DNA of 64,000 bases from Verrucomicrobiota bacterium (GCA_014382705.1 JACNJE010000101.1:9211-73210), one strand, 5' to 3'. Shown: positions 24,732-34,543, counted from the stretch's first letter. Notes: a model not told the origin generated them from the letters alone. Made by a program: numbers and translations.

Positions 24732-26188
24732 CCTTCGGCCGTCTTCGGCTTGAGTTGGGGGAAGAGCAGGACGTCGCGGATGCTCTCCTGACCCAGCAGC
24801 ATCATGATCAGCCGGTCGATGCCGATGCCAATCCCGCCCGCCGGCGGCATGCCGTGCTCGAGCGCGGTGAGAAAATCCTCATCGAGTTTTTGCTGCTCTT
24901 CGCCGGCTTGGTTTTGCAACGCCTCGCGCTGGGCCACGGGGTCGTTTTGCTCGGTGTAGGCCGGGGCGATTTCCTGCCCGTTAATGCAGCACTCGAACAC
25001 CTCGATCGTCGTCGGGTCGTCCGGCGTGAGCTTGGCCAGCGGGATCAGTTCCTTCGGCAAATGCGTGACGAATGTCGGCTGGATCAGCGTCGGCTCGATG
25101 AGCTTCTCGAACAGGCCGTTGGTCACTTCGTAGTCCACGTAGTCGGGGCCGATCTCTGCGCCGAGGTCGATGGCGCGTTTGCGGCGTTCGTCCGGCGTGA
25201 CGTCGAACCAGTCGTCGCCGCCCTTCTCGCGGATCAACTCCTTGTACTTCACGCGGCGCCACGGGCCGGTGAGGTTAATCGTGCGGGTGACGTTGCCCTC
25301 GGCGTCTTTGTGCTCGATGACGAGCGTGCCGACGACCTTCTCGGCGACACGCGTGATCATCGATTCGAGCAGCTCCATCATCGTCTCATAGTCGCCGAAC
25401 GCCTGGTACGCCTCGAGCATCGTGAACTCCGGGTTGTGCCGTGGCGAGATGCCTTCGTTGCGGTAGTTGCGGCCGATCTCAAACACACGGTCCATCCCGC
25501 CGACAAGCAGCCGTTTCAAGTACAGCTCGAGCGCGATACGCAGATAAAACTCGCAGCCCAGCGCGTTGTGCTTCGTGACGAACGGCTGTGCCGCCGCGCC
25601 GCCGGGAACCGACTGCATCGTCGGCGTCTCCACCTCGATGAAGCCGCGCTCATGCATGAAGTCGCGAATCTCGCGGATGATCGCGCTGCGCTTGTAAAAG
25701 ACCTGCTTGACGTCGTCGTTGGCGATGAGGTCGAGGTAGCGTTGGCGGTAGCGCGTCTCGATGTTCGAGAGGCCGTGCCACTTGGCGGGGAGCGGCCGGA
25801 GCGCTTTGCCGACGACGGTGAACTCCGCCGCCTTGAGCGTGATCTCCTCCGTGCGCGTCGTGAACATCGTCCCTTTCACGCCGATGAAATCGCCGAGGTC
25901 GAGTTTTTTGAGCACCTCGAACGCCTCGTCGCCGAGCGCGTTTTTCTGCGCGTAAACCTGCATCCGATCGGAGCCGTCGCGGATGTCGAGAAAGACACTT
26001 TTGCCCATCGTGCGGAACGCGGTCATGCGCCCGGCCAGCGCGACTTCAAGGCCTTCCTCGTAGTTTTCCCGCGCCCCGGCGCACGTCCCGTCCGGGGTGA
26101 ACTTGTTGGCGAACGGCTCGATACCCTTCTCACGCAACGCGGCCAGATTGGCCCGGCGCTGCTCGATCAATGAATTTTCCTCTTCCAT
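24728..26188 (-). CDS. lysS: Lysine--tRNA ligase (class II)
   Basis: [22 protein letters not shown]-fold region, [17 protein letters not shown] and [18 protein letters not shown] 26188 ([10 protein letters not shown]). Confidence 0.95.
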   Translation of the reverse strand: MEEENSLIEQRRANLAALREKGIEPFANKFTPDGTCAGARENYEEGLEVALAGRMTAFRTMGKSVFLDIRDGSDRMQVYAQKNALGDEAFEVLKKLDLGDFIGVKGTMFTTRTEEITLKAAEFTVVGKALRPLPAKWHGLSNIETRYRQRYLDLIANDDVKQVFYKRSAIIREIRDFMHERGFIEVETPTMQSVPGGAAAQPFVTKHNALGCEFYLRIALELYLKRLLVGGMDRVFEIGRNYRNEGISPRHNPEFTMLEAYQAFGDYETMMELLESMITRVAEKVVGTLVIEHKDAEGNVTRTINLTGPWRRVKYKELIREKGGDDWFDVTPDERRKRAIDLGAEIGPDYVDYEVTNGLFEKLIEPTLIQPTFVTHLPKELIPLAKLTPDDPTTIEVFECCINGQEIAPAYTEQNDPVAQREALQNQAGEEQQKLDEDFLTALEHGMPPAGGIGIGIDRLIMMLLGQESIRDVLLFPQLKPKTAEG

Positions 26189-26233
26189 GAAACTCCCAAA
26201 AAAGGGCGCACAGTTAATCATCCCGCCGCCCGC

Positions 26234-26302
26234 TTGGCCAACGAAAGTTTTGCGCTTGGCCAAGCGTTGACGCCTCCCTCCCTCCCGCTAGACTTGGCCA
26301 AG
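26234..26302. repeat. Three copies of the iterated palindrome in one 5' intergenic region
   Basis: CGCTTGGCCAACG (26231), CGCTTGGCCAAGCG (26253..26266) and ACTTGGCCAAGCG (26292). The last ends 10 nt before the hydrolase ATG. Confidence 0.9.
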
Positions 26303-26311
26303 CGACCCATC

Positions 26312-27184
26312 ATGAAGACACGACTTTCAACCCTCCCCCTGCTTGGCTTGGCCGCCGCGCTGGTTGCCGCCGGTTGCACCACGCCCAAGCTCGCCCAGCA
26401 AAAACGGGTCGTTTACGGCGAACGCAACGAGCACGAACTGGCCTATGAGTTTCTGCAGCCTCGGAAACCCAACGGCCTCGGCGTTGTGGTGATGGTGAGC
26501 GGCAGTTGGCGGTCGAACCCCGACGACTTCAAGCCGATGATGGGCAAGGCGTTCCTGCGGCGCGGCTACTCGATGTTCGCCGTGTCGCACCTCTCCCAGC
26601 CCAAGGCGACCATCCCGGAGATTTACGACGATGTCACCCGCGCCGTGCAACACATCCGCAAGCACGCCGATGAGTACGGCATCGATCCCGGCCAACTCGG
26701 GGTCGTCGGGGCCAGCGCCGGCGGTCACTTGAGCCTCATGGTGGCCACCCGCGGCAAGGAGACTACCGGCAAACCGGACGGACTCGTCCGGGCGGTGGCG
26801 ATTTTCTTCCCGGTCACCGACGTGCTCAACCCGGGCAACCCGGCCAAGACGGAAGAGGACGGCGGGCCGTCAAACCGATTCCGAAAGCTGTTCGGCGTCG
26901 ACCCGGACGACCTCGACGCGTGGCACCGGGTCGGCCGCGAGTTGTCGCCGCTCTACCACGTTGACGGCGACACGCCGCCGGTGCTGATCATTCACGGGGA
27001 CGACGACGAGGTGGTGTCGTTCCGGCAATCCGAGTGGTACATCGAGGCCGCCGAAAAGCACGGGGCCAAGGCCAAGCTCATCCGCAAGCGGGGTAAGGGC
27101 CACGGCTGGGCAACGATCCTGTGGGACATGCGAAGGTTCGCCAAATGGTTTGACGAACACCTCGAACCGCCCGCCGCCGACTGA
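26312..27184 (+). CDS. Alpha/beta hydrolase lipoprotein (esterase/peptidase S9-like)
   Basis: Lipobox LVAAGC, nucleophile elbow GASAGGHLS, and later IIHGDDDEVV and GKGHGW. Confidence 0.85.
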   Translation: MKTRLSTLPLLGLAAALVAAGCTTPKLAQQKRVVYGERNEHELAYEFLQPRKPNGLGVVVMVSGSWRSNPDDFKPMMGKAFLRRGYSMFAVSHLSQPKATIPEIYDDVTRAVQHIRKHADEYGIDPGQLGVVGASAGGHLSLMVATRGKETTGKPDGLVRAVAIFFPVTDVLNPGNPAKTEEDGGPSNRFRKLFGVDPDDLDAWHRVGRELSPLYHVDGDTPPVLIIHGDDDEVVSFRQSEWYIEAAEKHGAKAKLIRKRGKGHGWATILWDMRRFAKWFDEHLEPPAAD

Positions 27185-27298
27185 CGCTCACCCCGCTTGG
27201 CCAAGGCGGAACTTGCAACGGGACGGCCTTTGCGGTACTCAACTCGCCCGCGTTTTCACGCGGTTTCCCCGCTTCGGCCCCAACCGGGGCATTTGCCA

Positions 27299-28516
27299 AT
27301 GGCATTGATTGTACAGAAATTCGGCGGGTCGTCGGTGGCCAACATCGACCGCATCCGCAACGTCGCCAACCGTGTGGCCGAGTACCGCCTCCGCGGCGAC
27401 CAGGTCGTCGTGGTCGTCTCGGCGATGAAGGGCGTCACCGACAACCTCATCGACATGGCCACGTCGCTCATGCCGGTGCCGAGCGAGCGCGAGATGGACA
27501 TGCTGCTCTCCACCGGCGAACAGACCACGATCGCCCTGCTGGCCATCGCGCTGCAGTCGATGGACATCCCGGCCGCGTCGCTCACCGGCGCGCAGGCCGG
27601 CATCGTGACGGATGGCGTCCACTCGAAAGCGAAGATCCGAAACATCACGCCCAAGAAAATTCACGCCCTGCTCGACGCCGGCAACGTGACCATCGTCGCC
27701 GGGTTCCAGGGCGAGACGAGCGAGGGCCACATCACCACGTTTGGCCGCGGCGGCTCCGACCTCACGGCGATCGCGCTGGCCTCCGCGCTCAAGGCCGACC
27801 TCTGCCAGATTTACACCGACGTCGACGGTGTCTACACCAGCGACCCGCGCCTCGTGCCCACGGCGAAAAAACTCGAGGAGGTTTCGTACGACGAGATGCT
27901 CGAGCTGGCCAGCCTCGGCGCGAAGGTGATGCAGTCGCGCTCGGTGGAGTTTGCCAAGAAGTTCGGTGTCATTTTTGAAGTTCGCTCCAGCCTCAACGAC
28001 AACCCCGGAACCCTCGTGAAGGAAGAAACCCAAAGCATGGAGGACGTCGTGATTCGCGGCGTGTCGCTCGACAAGAACCAGGCCAAGGTCACGCTCGTCG
28101 GCGTGCCGGACAAGCCGGGCATGGCCGCCCGCGTGTTCCAGCAACTGGCCGACTTGGCGATCAATGTGGACATGATCGTGCAGAATGTCAGCCACGGCAG
28201 CGACACCCCGGCGACGGATCTGTCATTCACCATCGACAAGCCGGACGTGGCCAAGGCGCAGGGCGTCATCAACGGCATGCGCGGCGACATCGGCTTCGGC
28301 GAGGCGCTCACCGACGAGGCCATCGGCAAGCTCTCGATCGTCGGCGTCGGCATGCGCAGCCACTCCGGCATCGCGGCCAAGGTGTTCGAGGTGCTGGCCG
28401 GGGCCGGCGTCAACATCCAGATGATTTCCACCAGCGAGATCAAGATCTCCGTCGTCATCGGCATCGACAAGGCGGAGGAAGCCACCCGCGCCGTCCACGA
28501 CGCCTTCCTCGGCTGA
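27299..28516 (+). CDS. lysC: Aspartate kinase
   Basis: MALIVQKFGGSSVAN, VVVVSAMKGVTD and GFQGE..GHITTFGRGGSD, followed by two C-terminal ACT domains. Confidence 0.95.
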   Translation: MALIVQKFGGSSVANIDRIRNVANRVAEYRLRGDQVVVVVSAMKGVTDNLIDMATSLMPVPSEREMDMLLSTGEQTTIALLAIALQSMDIPAASLTGAQAGIVTDGVHSKAKIRNITPKKIHALLDAGNVTIVAGFQGETSEGHITTFGRGGSDLTAIALASALKADLCQIYTDVDGVYTSDPRLVPTAKKLEEVSYDEMLELASLGAKVMQSRSVEFAKKFGVIFEVRSSLNDNPGTLVKEETQSMEDVVIRGVSLDKNQAKVTLVGVPDKPGMAARVFQQLADLAINVDMIVQNVSHGSDTPATDLSFTIDKPDVAKAQGVINGMRGDIGFGEALTDEAIGKLSIVGVGMRSHSGIAAKVFEVLAGAGVNIQMISTSEIKISVVIGIDKAEEATRAVHDAFLG

Positions 28517-28589
28517 CGCGCTTGGCCGGCGGCCCCGCGCCATGTAACCTCCGGCTAAGCGGCCACGTATCATTGGCTGGTGTTTTCGG

Positions 28590-29198
28590 ATGAACCGCCC
28601 CCGACAGATTTCAATGCTTGCCGCGCTGCTGGCGCTGGCTTGCGCTTGGCCGGGCGCCTTGGCCGCACCGGCCAAGGCGAAGCCGGTAATCACCGACATC
28701 GACGGCAAAATCCACTCGCCGTTCGCCTCCGCCAAGACCAAGGCGGTCGTGTTCCTTTTTCTGCTGCGCGACTGCCCGGTGTCCAACGTCTACGCGCCGG
28801 AGATCACGCGCATTCACGGCGACTATGCCAAGAAAGGCGTCGCGCTCTACCTCGTGCACCCCGCCCGCGACACCGACGCCAAGGCGGCCCGCGCCCACGC
28901 AAAGGAGTACAAACTGAGCGCACCGATCGTGCTCGACCACGACCACAAATTGACCCGCTTGGCCAAGGTGGAAGTCACCCCCGAGGCGGCGGTGTTCGAC
29001 GGCAAAGGGCGCTTGGTGTACCGTGGGCGCATCGACAACCTCTACGCCGATTTTGGCAAAAAACGGTTCAAGCCGACCCGGCGCGACCTGCGCGACACGC
29101 TCGACGCGCTGCTCGCCGGCAAGCGCTTGGCCAAGCGCACCACCGAGGCGATCGGCTGCTACATCGACTTTTCCAATGACAAAAAAAATGACAAATAA
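28590..29198 (+). CDS. Secreted thioredoxin-fold (redoxin/AhpC-TSA-like) protein
   Basis: Signal peptide, VVFLFLLRDCPVSN (CxxS) and PEAAVFDGKGRLVYRGRIDN, typical of the redoxin fold. Confidence 0.7.
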   Translation: MNRPRQISMLAALLALACAWPGALAAPAKAKPVITDIDGKIHSPFASAKTKAVVFLFLLRDCPVSNVYAPEITRIHGDYAKKGVALYLVHPARDTDAKAARAHAKEYKLSAPIVLDHDHKLTRLAKVEVTPEAAVFDGKGRLVYRGRIDNLYADFGKKRFKPTRRDLRDTLDALLAGKRLAKRTTEAIGCYIDFSNDKKNDK

Positions 29199-30855
29199 AC
29201 TCATCCGCGCCGGGCTGGCGCTGGCCGGTTTCGCCGCGCTGCAATCGAGCGCGACCGCTGCGGCCAAGGCCAAGCCGACGTTCACCGAGGACATCGCGCC
29301 GATCATCTACAACAACTGCACCGAGTGCCATCGCGATGGCCAGGCCGCGCCGTTCACGCTCCGGACCTACAGCGACGTGAAGAAACGCGCCCGCCTCATC
29401 AGCAAGGTGACACAGGACGGCTACATGCCGCCGTGGCATCCGGTCGAGGGCCACGGCAAGTTCGTCGACGAACGCCGCCTCACCGCCGACGAGTTGGCCA
29501 CGCTGAAAAACTGGCACAAGAGCGGCATGGCCGAGGGACCGGCCGACAAGCTGCCCGAGCCGCCCCAGTTCGCCAGCGACTGGCTGCTCGGCAAGCCGGA
29601 CCTGATCGTGCAGATGCCCAAGGCCTACACCGTGAAGGCCGACGGCCCGGACATTTACCGCAACTTCGTGATCCCGCTCGACCTGAAGGAGGAGAAGTGG
29701 GTCGCCGGCTTTGAGGTGCGCCCCTCGGCGCGAGCGGTGCTGCATCACGTGATCCTGCGCATCGACCAGACCGGCGAATCCCGCAAGGCCGACGGCGCAA
29801 AGGGGACTCCCGGTTTCAGTGGCATGCGCGGCATCGGCCGCAGCGCGCGCGGCTCGCGCCGAGGCGGCAGCAACGACGTCTTCTCCGGCAGCCTCGGCGG
29901 ACTCGGCGGCTGGGCCGTTGGTGGCACCCCTCGGATTCTCCCGTTGGGCTTGGCCCGCAAGCTCCCCGCTGGAGCCGACATCGTGCTGAACTCCCACTTT
30001 CACCCCTCCGGCAAGGAGGAGGATGAACAGACCACCATCGGCCTTTACTTCACCGACAAAAAACCAGAGCGCACCCTGATCGGCTTCCAGATACCGCCCG
30101 TGTTCGGCAGCATCTCCGGCCTCGACATCCCAGCCGGCGAAAGCAACTACGAACTCGCCAGCAAGTTCACCACCCCGGTAGCTATCGACCTGATTGGCGT
30201 CGGCGCGCACATGCATTACATCGGCCACACCGCCAAAGCCACCGCCACGCTGCCGGACGGCACCGTCAAGCCGCTGTTTTACATCGACGACTGGGATTTC
30301 AACTGGCAGGGCCGCTACACGTACGACAAACCGCTCCGCCTCCCGGCCGGCACGACCGTCGAGGGCAGCGTCACCTTCGACAACTCAGACGCCAACCCGC
30401 ACAACCCGTTCAACCCGCCTCGCCGCATCAAGTGGGGACTCGAGTCCACCGACGAGATGGGCAGCGTCATCTTCAGCGCCGTGCCCGCGAACGAGGCGGA
30501 TCTTGACGAGTTCAACGCCGCCGTCCGCGATCACGTCATCGACGAGGCCCGCCTGATGGCCGAGCGCCGACTCGGCGAACGCGCCGGGGGTGGTCGAAGC
30601 GGCCGCGGGGGCAACATCGCCAACCGGCTGGAACAATTCCGCAACCGCCGCCCCGGAAGCAACAGCGGCAGCCGGCTCGGCGGCGACTGGCGCGGACGGC
30701 TGGGCGCGCGCCTCAAGGAACTGGACAAAAACAACAACGGCGAAATCGAGCCGGACGAAATCGACGACCGCTCCCGCCGCACCATCCGCTTCATCGACAC
30801 CAACAAGGACGGCCGAGTCAGCAAGGAAGAACTCAGCCGCATCAGCGGCCGCTGA
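29176..30855 (+). CDS. Secreted CxxCH heme-motif / copper type II (PHM/DBH-like) monooxygenase-like protein with C-terminal EF-hand pair
   Basis: Signal peptide, NNCTECHRDGQAAPF..MPPW, and His clusters VLHHVIL, NSHFHPSG and AHMHYIGH. Two EF-hand loops, DKNNNGEIEPDE and DTNKDGRVSKEE. The alternative ATG at 29188 is also possible. Confidence 0.7.
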   Translation: MTKKMTNKLIRAGLALAGFAALQSSATAAAKAKPTFTEDIAPIIYNNCTECHRDGQAAPFTLRTYSDVKKRARLISKVTQDGYMPPWHPVEGHGKFVDERRLTADELATLKNWHKSGMAEGPADKLPEPPQFASDWLLGKPDLIVQMPKAYTVKADGPDIYRNFVIPLDLKEEKWVAGFEVRPSARAVLHHVILRIDQTGESRKADGAKGTPGFSGMRGIGRSARGSRRGGSNDVFSGSLGGLGGWAVGGTPRILPLGLARKLPAGADIVLNSHFHPSGKEEDEQTTIGLYFTDKKPERTLIGFQIPPVFGSISGLDIPAGESNYELASKFTTPVAIDLIGVGAHMHYIGHTAKATATLPDGTVKPLFYIDDWDFNWQGRYTYDKPLRLPAGTTVEGSVTFDNSDANPHNPFNPPRRIKWGLESTDEMGSVIFSAVPANEADLDEFNAAVRDHVIDEARLMAERRLGERAGGGRSGRGGNIANRLEQFRNRRPGSNSGSRLGGDWRGRLGARLKELDKNNNGEIEPDEIDDRSRRTIRFIDTNKDGRVSKEELSRISGR

Positions 30856-31930
30856 GAGCAGCGACCAGACCCTCAAGCTGCCCGCGGGTGTGTTCACTGG
30901 AGATGGCGAAGCGATAAAAGGCGCCCTCGCTTCCCGTTGGGTAACGGATGCACGACGGGTAAATCCCGGTGGCCAACAGCCGACGGCGCATCGCCGACGC
31001 TTGTTTTCCGGAGCAATCGAGGCTGAACACCGGGAACGCCGTGTCGCCAACCGGCAGCCCATCGGCGAGTAACTTCCCCTTCACGAACGCGATGTTGCGG
31101 CGCAGCCGCTTGGCCAAGCCGGGGCGGGTGCGGAGCAGCTCGAGCGATGCCAGCGTGGCCTTGGCCAAGCCGGACGGCAGCGAGCTGCTTCCGGTGACGA
31201 CTGGGTTGCCGTCGAGCAATGCCGCCCGCAGCCAGCGCGGCCCCAGGATCGCCCCGCCAAAACTCCCCAGCGCCTTGCTGAACACGATCGACCGGATCAC
31301 GCGCCGCCCGGCCAATCCGCAATGTTCGGCCGTGCCGCGCAGCCGCTCGCCCAACACGCCCGCGCCGTGGGCGTCGTCGATCCACAGCGTGGCCAAGCGC
31401 GGGAGCCGCTTGGCCAAGCCATCCAGCGGTGCGATGCGGCCGGTCGCGCCAAAGACGCCGTCGGTCATCAACACCACCCGCTTGGCCGTGCGGCGGCGGC
31501 TCAACCGCTTGGCCAAGTCATCGGCATCGCAGTGGCGGTAACACACCACCGGACAGCCAAGAAATTGCGCGGCGTCACGCAGGCTCATGTGCGCCTTCTC
31601 GTCGATGAATGCCGCGTCGAACCGCCCCTCGGCCGCCTGGCCAAGCGCGAGATTCGCGAGGTAGCCGTCGCCAACAACGGTAGCGGTTTCGCTGCCGAAA
31701 AACTGCACCAGCGACGCTTCGAGTGCGTCGTGCGCCGGATGGTTGCCGGTGGTCATTCGCGATGCGCCGGTGCCCAGTCCGTCACTCGCCGCCGCCCGCG
31801 CGTGGGCCTGGAGCAGCCGGGGATGCCGCGCAAGCCGATAGTAGTCGCACCCGCCAAAGTAGATCAGCCGCCTGCCGCGATAGCGCACGTGCGTGGCCCC
31901 GTCCGGCTGGATGGCTGCGGGCAGACTCAC
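30842..31930 (-). CDS. PLP-dependent acyl-CoA transferase, 8-amino-7-oxononanoate synthase (BioF/Kbl) family
   Basis: GTGASRMTTGNHPAHDALE, WIDDAHGAGVLG and IVFSKALGSFGGAI (PLP lysine). GTG 31930 overlaps the upstream stop as GTGA. Confidence 0.8.
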   Translation of the reverse strand: MSLPAAIQPDGATHVRYRGRRLIYFGGCDYYRLARHPRLLQAHARAAASDGLGTGASRMTTGNHPAHDALEASLVQFFGSETATVVGDGYLANLALGQAAEGRFDAAFIDEKAHMSLRDAAQFLGCPVVCYRHCDADDLAKRLSRRRTAKRVVLMTDGVFGATGRIAPLDGLAKRLPRLATLWIDDAHGAGVLGERLRGTAEHCGLAGRRVIRSIVFSKALGSFGGAILGPRWLRAALLDGNPVVTGSSSLPSGLAKATLASLELLRTRPGLAKRLRRNIAFVKGKLLADGLPVGDTAFPVFSLDCSGKQASAMRRRLLATGIYPSCIRYPTGSEGAFYRFAISSEHTRGQLEGLVAALSGR

Positions 31931-32820
31931 GGCTTGGCCGGCGGCGGGTCGAGTTTTTGCAGGATGCCCGCCTTCAGCTCGGCGTACTGCGTTTCGCGCA
32001 CCTTGGCCAACTGCGCGCGCGCGGCGTCCGCCTGCCCAAGGTGCGCGTGGATGCGGGCAAGGTGAATCCGCACCCCCTCCGCCTCGACCGGCGACGGCGC
32101 GATCGCGAGGGCATCGTTCCACGCGGCGAGGGCGGCCTTGGCATCGAACGGCTGCGTGCCCAGTTGCGCCATGGCGGCGTCGGCGGCAAGGGTGAAATTT
32201 TTCGGGTCGAGCGCGCGCGCCTTTTTGAACAGCCCTATCGACTTGGCCCCCACTGCGGCACGGTCGATCAAGTAGTAGCGCGCCGCCTCGCCGGGATACG
32301 AAAAAATCAGCGTGGCGAGATTTCGCAGGTAAAGCGGCTCCATTGGAGCAAGTGCACCGGCTTTTTCAAAATGCCGGAGTGCCTCGGGGATGTTGCCCAT
32401 TTTGCCGTGCGCCTTGCCGAGGTTGTTCCATGCAACCGGGTTTTTCGGCGCCCGCTCAAGCGCCTTTTTCCACTGCGCCATCGCCTTGTCGATCTCGTTG
32501 AGGTCGCTGAAATAACTGCCGTACGCCAGCCGCGCACGGACGTGGCCGGAGTGGCGACTGAGGAACGACTCGTACGCCTCGCCGACCTTGCTGAGCCGCT
32601 GACGCACCTGCAGGTCGAGGGACGCGGGATCGGTGCCGGCCTGTTTCGCGGCGAGTTTCGCGTTGTCGCGAATCCATTCGTCGACCTCGTCGTGCGCCTT
32701 GTCGTCCAGCTCGAGCAGTTGGCGAAACTCCCGCTCGGCCGCCGCGTCCGACGCACCCACCGGCTTGGCCACCTCTGCCACCGCTTGGCCGGGCGGAAGC
32801 AGAAGCGCCGCCATCAACAT
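31927..32820 (-). CDS. Secreted TPR-repeat protein
   Basis: Signal-like MLMAALLLPPGQAVA followed by TPR-like helices (AWNNLGKAHGKMGNIPEALRHFEKA). The upstream ATG at 32859 lies inside a repeat element, so I prefer ATG 32820. Confidence 0.65.
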   Translation of the reverse strand: MLMAALLLPPGQAVAEVAKPVGASDAAAEREFRQLLELDDKAHDEVDEWIRDNAKLAAKQAGTDPASLDLQVRQRLSKVGEAYESFLSRHSGHVRARLAYGSYFSDLNEIDKAMAQWKKALERAPKNPVAWNNLGKAHGKMGNIPEALRHFEKAGALAPMEPLYLRNLATLIFSYPGEAARYYLIDRAAVGAKSIGLFKKARALDPKNFTLAADAAMAQLGTQPFDAKAALAAWNDALAIAPSPVEAEGVRIHLARIHAHLGQADAARAQLAKVRETQYAELKAGILQKLDPPPAKP

Positions 32821-32845
32821 CGCAGCCAAACAGCGCCTTTCGCGA

Positions 32846-33056
32846 GCGTTCACCCTCATCCGGCCTGCGGCCGCCTTCTCCCTGGGGGAGAAGGCACCAT
32901 GCCGCCCGCGCTTGGCCAAGCGAGGCTGGGAGGGCGCGGGAGGGGCAAGTTCCACCTTGCCCCATTTTATGTTTTGTTTGGGGCGAGGTGGAACTCGCCC
33001 CTCCCAAACGTTGGCCAAGCTCCCTCTCCCAGCGGGAGAGGGCCGGGGAGAGGGAG
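32846..33056 (-). repeat. Composite intergenic repeat cluster B (same end modules as cluster A, inverted; cargo is R1 copy b at 32938..33005)
   Basis: GCGTTCACCCTCATCCGGCCTGCGGCCGCCTTCTCCC..GGGAGAAGG at one end and CTCCCTCTCCCAGCGGGAGAGGGCCGGGGAGAGGGAG at the other. Two palindrome copies lie at 32919..32932 and 33010..33020. Confidence 0.75.
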
Positions 33057-33149
33057 AAAGCGAAATATTTTTTCTGGATCGCAGCAGATTCACGCGCACG
33101 GAACCGTTTCGCGGATCGGGGCAATTTTCAAGTTTCGAGTAATCCGCTT

Positions 33150-33175
33150 GAAACTGGAAACGTGAAACTTGAAAC
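33150..33175 (+). repeat. Four tandem GAAAC heptads (exact 7-bp phase)
   Basis: GAAAC at 33150, 33157, 33164 and 33171. An inverted GTTTC lies at 33132..33136. The array sits directly upstream of, or overlapping, the folC start. Confidence 0.8.
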
Positions 33176-34473
33176 TCCCCGAAGTGACGTATTCCGAGGC
33201 GATCGATTCCCTGCTCGACCTGACCCTGTTCGGCTCAAAGCTGGGGCTGGACACCCCCCGGCGGCTCGCCGCGTTGGCCGGCTCGCCGCACGAGCGGCTG
33301 CGGTTCATCCACGTCGCCGGCACCAACGGCAAAGGCTCGGTCTGCGCGATGCTCGAGTCGATCTACCGCGAGTCCGGCCTGCGCACAGGGCTGTTCACCT
33401 CGCCGCACCTCGTGTCGTTCCGCGAGCGGATGCAGGTCAATCGCGAGCTGATCCCGGAGGAGACGCTCGCCCGGCTGACGGCGCAGCTCCGCGACTTCGC
33501 CGCAGAACTTCCAGAGGGCCAAGGGCCGACTTTTTTTGAGATGGCCACGGTGATGGCGCTGTGCCATTTCGCCGAGCAGGCGTGCGACATCGTGCTGTGG
33601 GAAACCGGCTTGGGCGGCCGGCTCGACGCGACGAATATCGTCACGCCGCTGGCCAGCGTGATCACCAACATCGGGCTCGACCACACACGCTGGCTCGGCG
33701 AAACGCACGCCGCCATCGCCGCCGAGAAGGCCGGCATCATCAAGCCCGGCGTCCCGGTGCTGACGTCGGTCGATCACCCGGAGGCGCTGGCGGTGATCCG
33801 TGCCGAGGCGGCGCGGCACGGCGCGGAATTGACCGAGCTTGGCCAAGCGGAGGACACGATCGACCTGCCGCTGGTCGGACCGCATCAACAAACCAACGCA
33901 GCCTTGGCCGGGGCGGTGGCCGAGCAGCTGCAGCCGGAGTTGCCGGTGTCGCCCGGGGCGGTGCACGACGGCTTGGCCAAGGTGCATTGGCCGGGGCGGC
34001 TGCAGCTTGTCCGGCGCGGCGCGCAGACGGTGCTGCTCGACGGCGCGCACAACGCCGAGGGCGCGGCGATGCTGCGGCAGGCGATTGCGGAGGCGCTCGA
34101 CGGCGAGCCGCCGGTGCTTATCCTCGGTATGCTGAATGAAAAGGACGGCGCGGGCTTTTGCGCCGAGATGGCGCCGTTGGCCAAGCGCATCGTTTTGTCG
34201 CCGGTGGACAGCGGCAACTCTGCTGAACCACGGGAGTTTGAGGCGCCGTGCCGGGCCGCCAACCCGGCGGCGGCGGTCGAGGTTGCGGAGTCGCTTGGCC
34301 AAGCGCTGGATCGTTGCACCGCCGAGCCGTTCGTCGTGGTCACCGGCTCGTTTTACCTCGTGGGCGAGGCGATGGAGCGGCTCGGGCTGGCTCCATCGCC
34401 GACCCAGGCCGAGCTGCGACTCAACGACTGGGGCGCTGCGGGAGGGGCGAACTCCACCTCGCCCCCCATTTGA
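33169..34473 (+). CDS. folC: Bifunctional folylpolyglutamate synthase / dihydrofolate synthase
   Basis: HVAGTNGKGSVCAML and LFTSPHLVSFRERM, with a Mur-ligase-type C-terminal domain. The start may be GTG 33184 rather than TTG 33169. The last 15 or so codons lie in repeat R1 copy c. Confidence 0.9.
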   Translation: MKLPEVTYSEAIDSLLDLTLFGSKLGLDTPRRLAALAGSPHERLRFIHVAGTNGKGSVCAMLESIYRESGLRTGLFTSPHLVSFRERMQVNRELIPEETLARLTAQLRDFAAELPEGQGPTFFEMATVMALCHFAEQACDIVLWETGLGGRLDATNIVTPLASVITNIGLDHTRWLGETHAAIAAEKAGIIKPGVPVLTSVDHPEALAVIRAEAARHGAELTELGQAEDTIDLPLVGPHQQTNAALAGAVAEQLQPELPVSPGAVHDGLAKVHWPGRLQLVRRGAQTVLLDGAHNAEGAAMLRQAIAEALDGEPPVLILGMLNEKDGAGFCAEMAPLAKRIVLSPVDSGNSAEPREFEAPCRAANPAAAVEVAESLGQALDRCTAEPFVVVTGSFYLVGEAMERLGLAPSPTQAELRLNDWGAAGGANSTSPPI

Positions 34474-34543
34474 GACCACTCGATTTGATTCATTTTAGAG
34501 CCGCAACGTACGGAAAGTGGGACGAGTTGGGACTCGTCCCCCC
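34439..34543. repeat. Twin-hairpin repeat R1, copy c (degenerate, long spacer)
   Basis: GGGAGGGGCGAACTCCACCTCGCCCC, about 62 nt of spacer, then GGGACGAGTTGGGACTCGTCCC. It overlaps the folC 3' end and stop codon. Confidence 0.65.
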
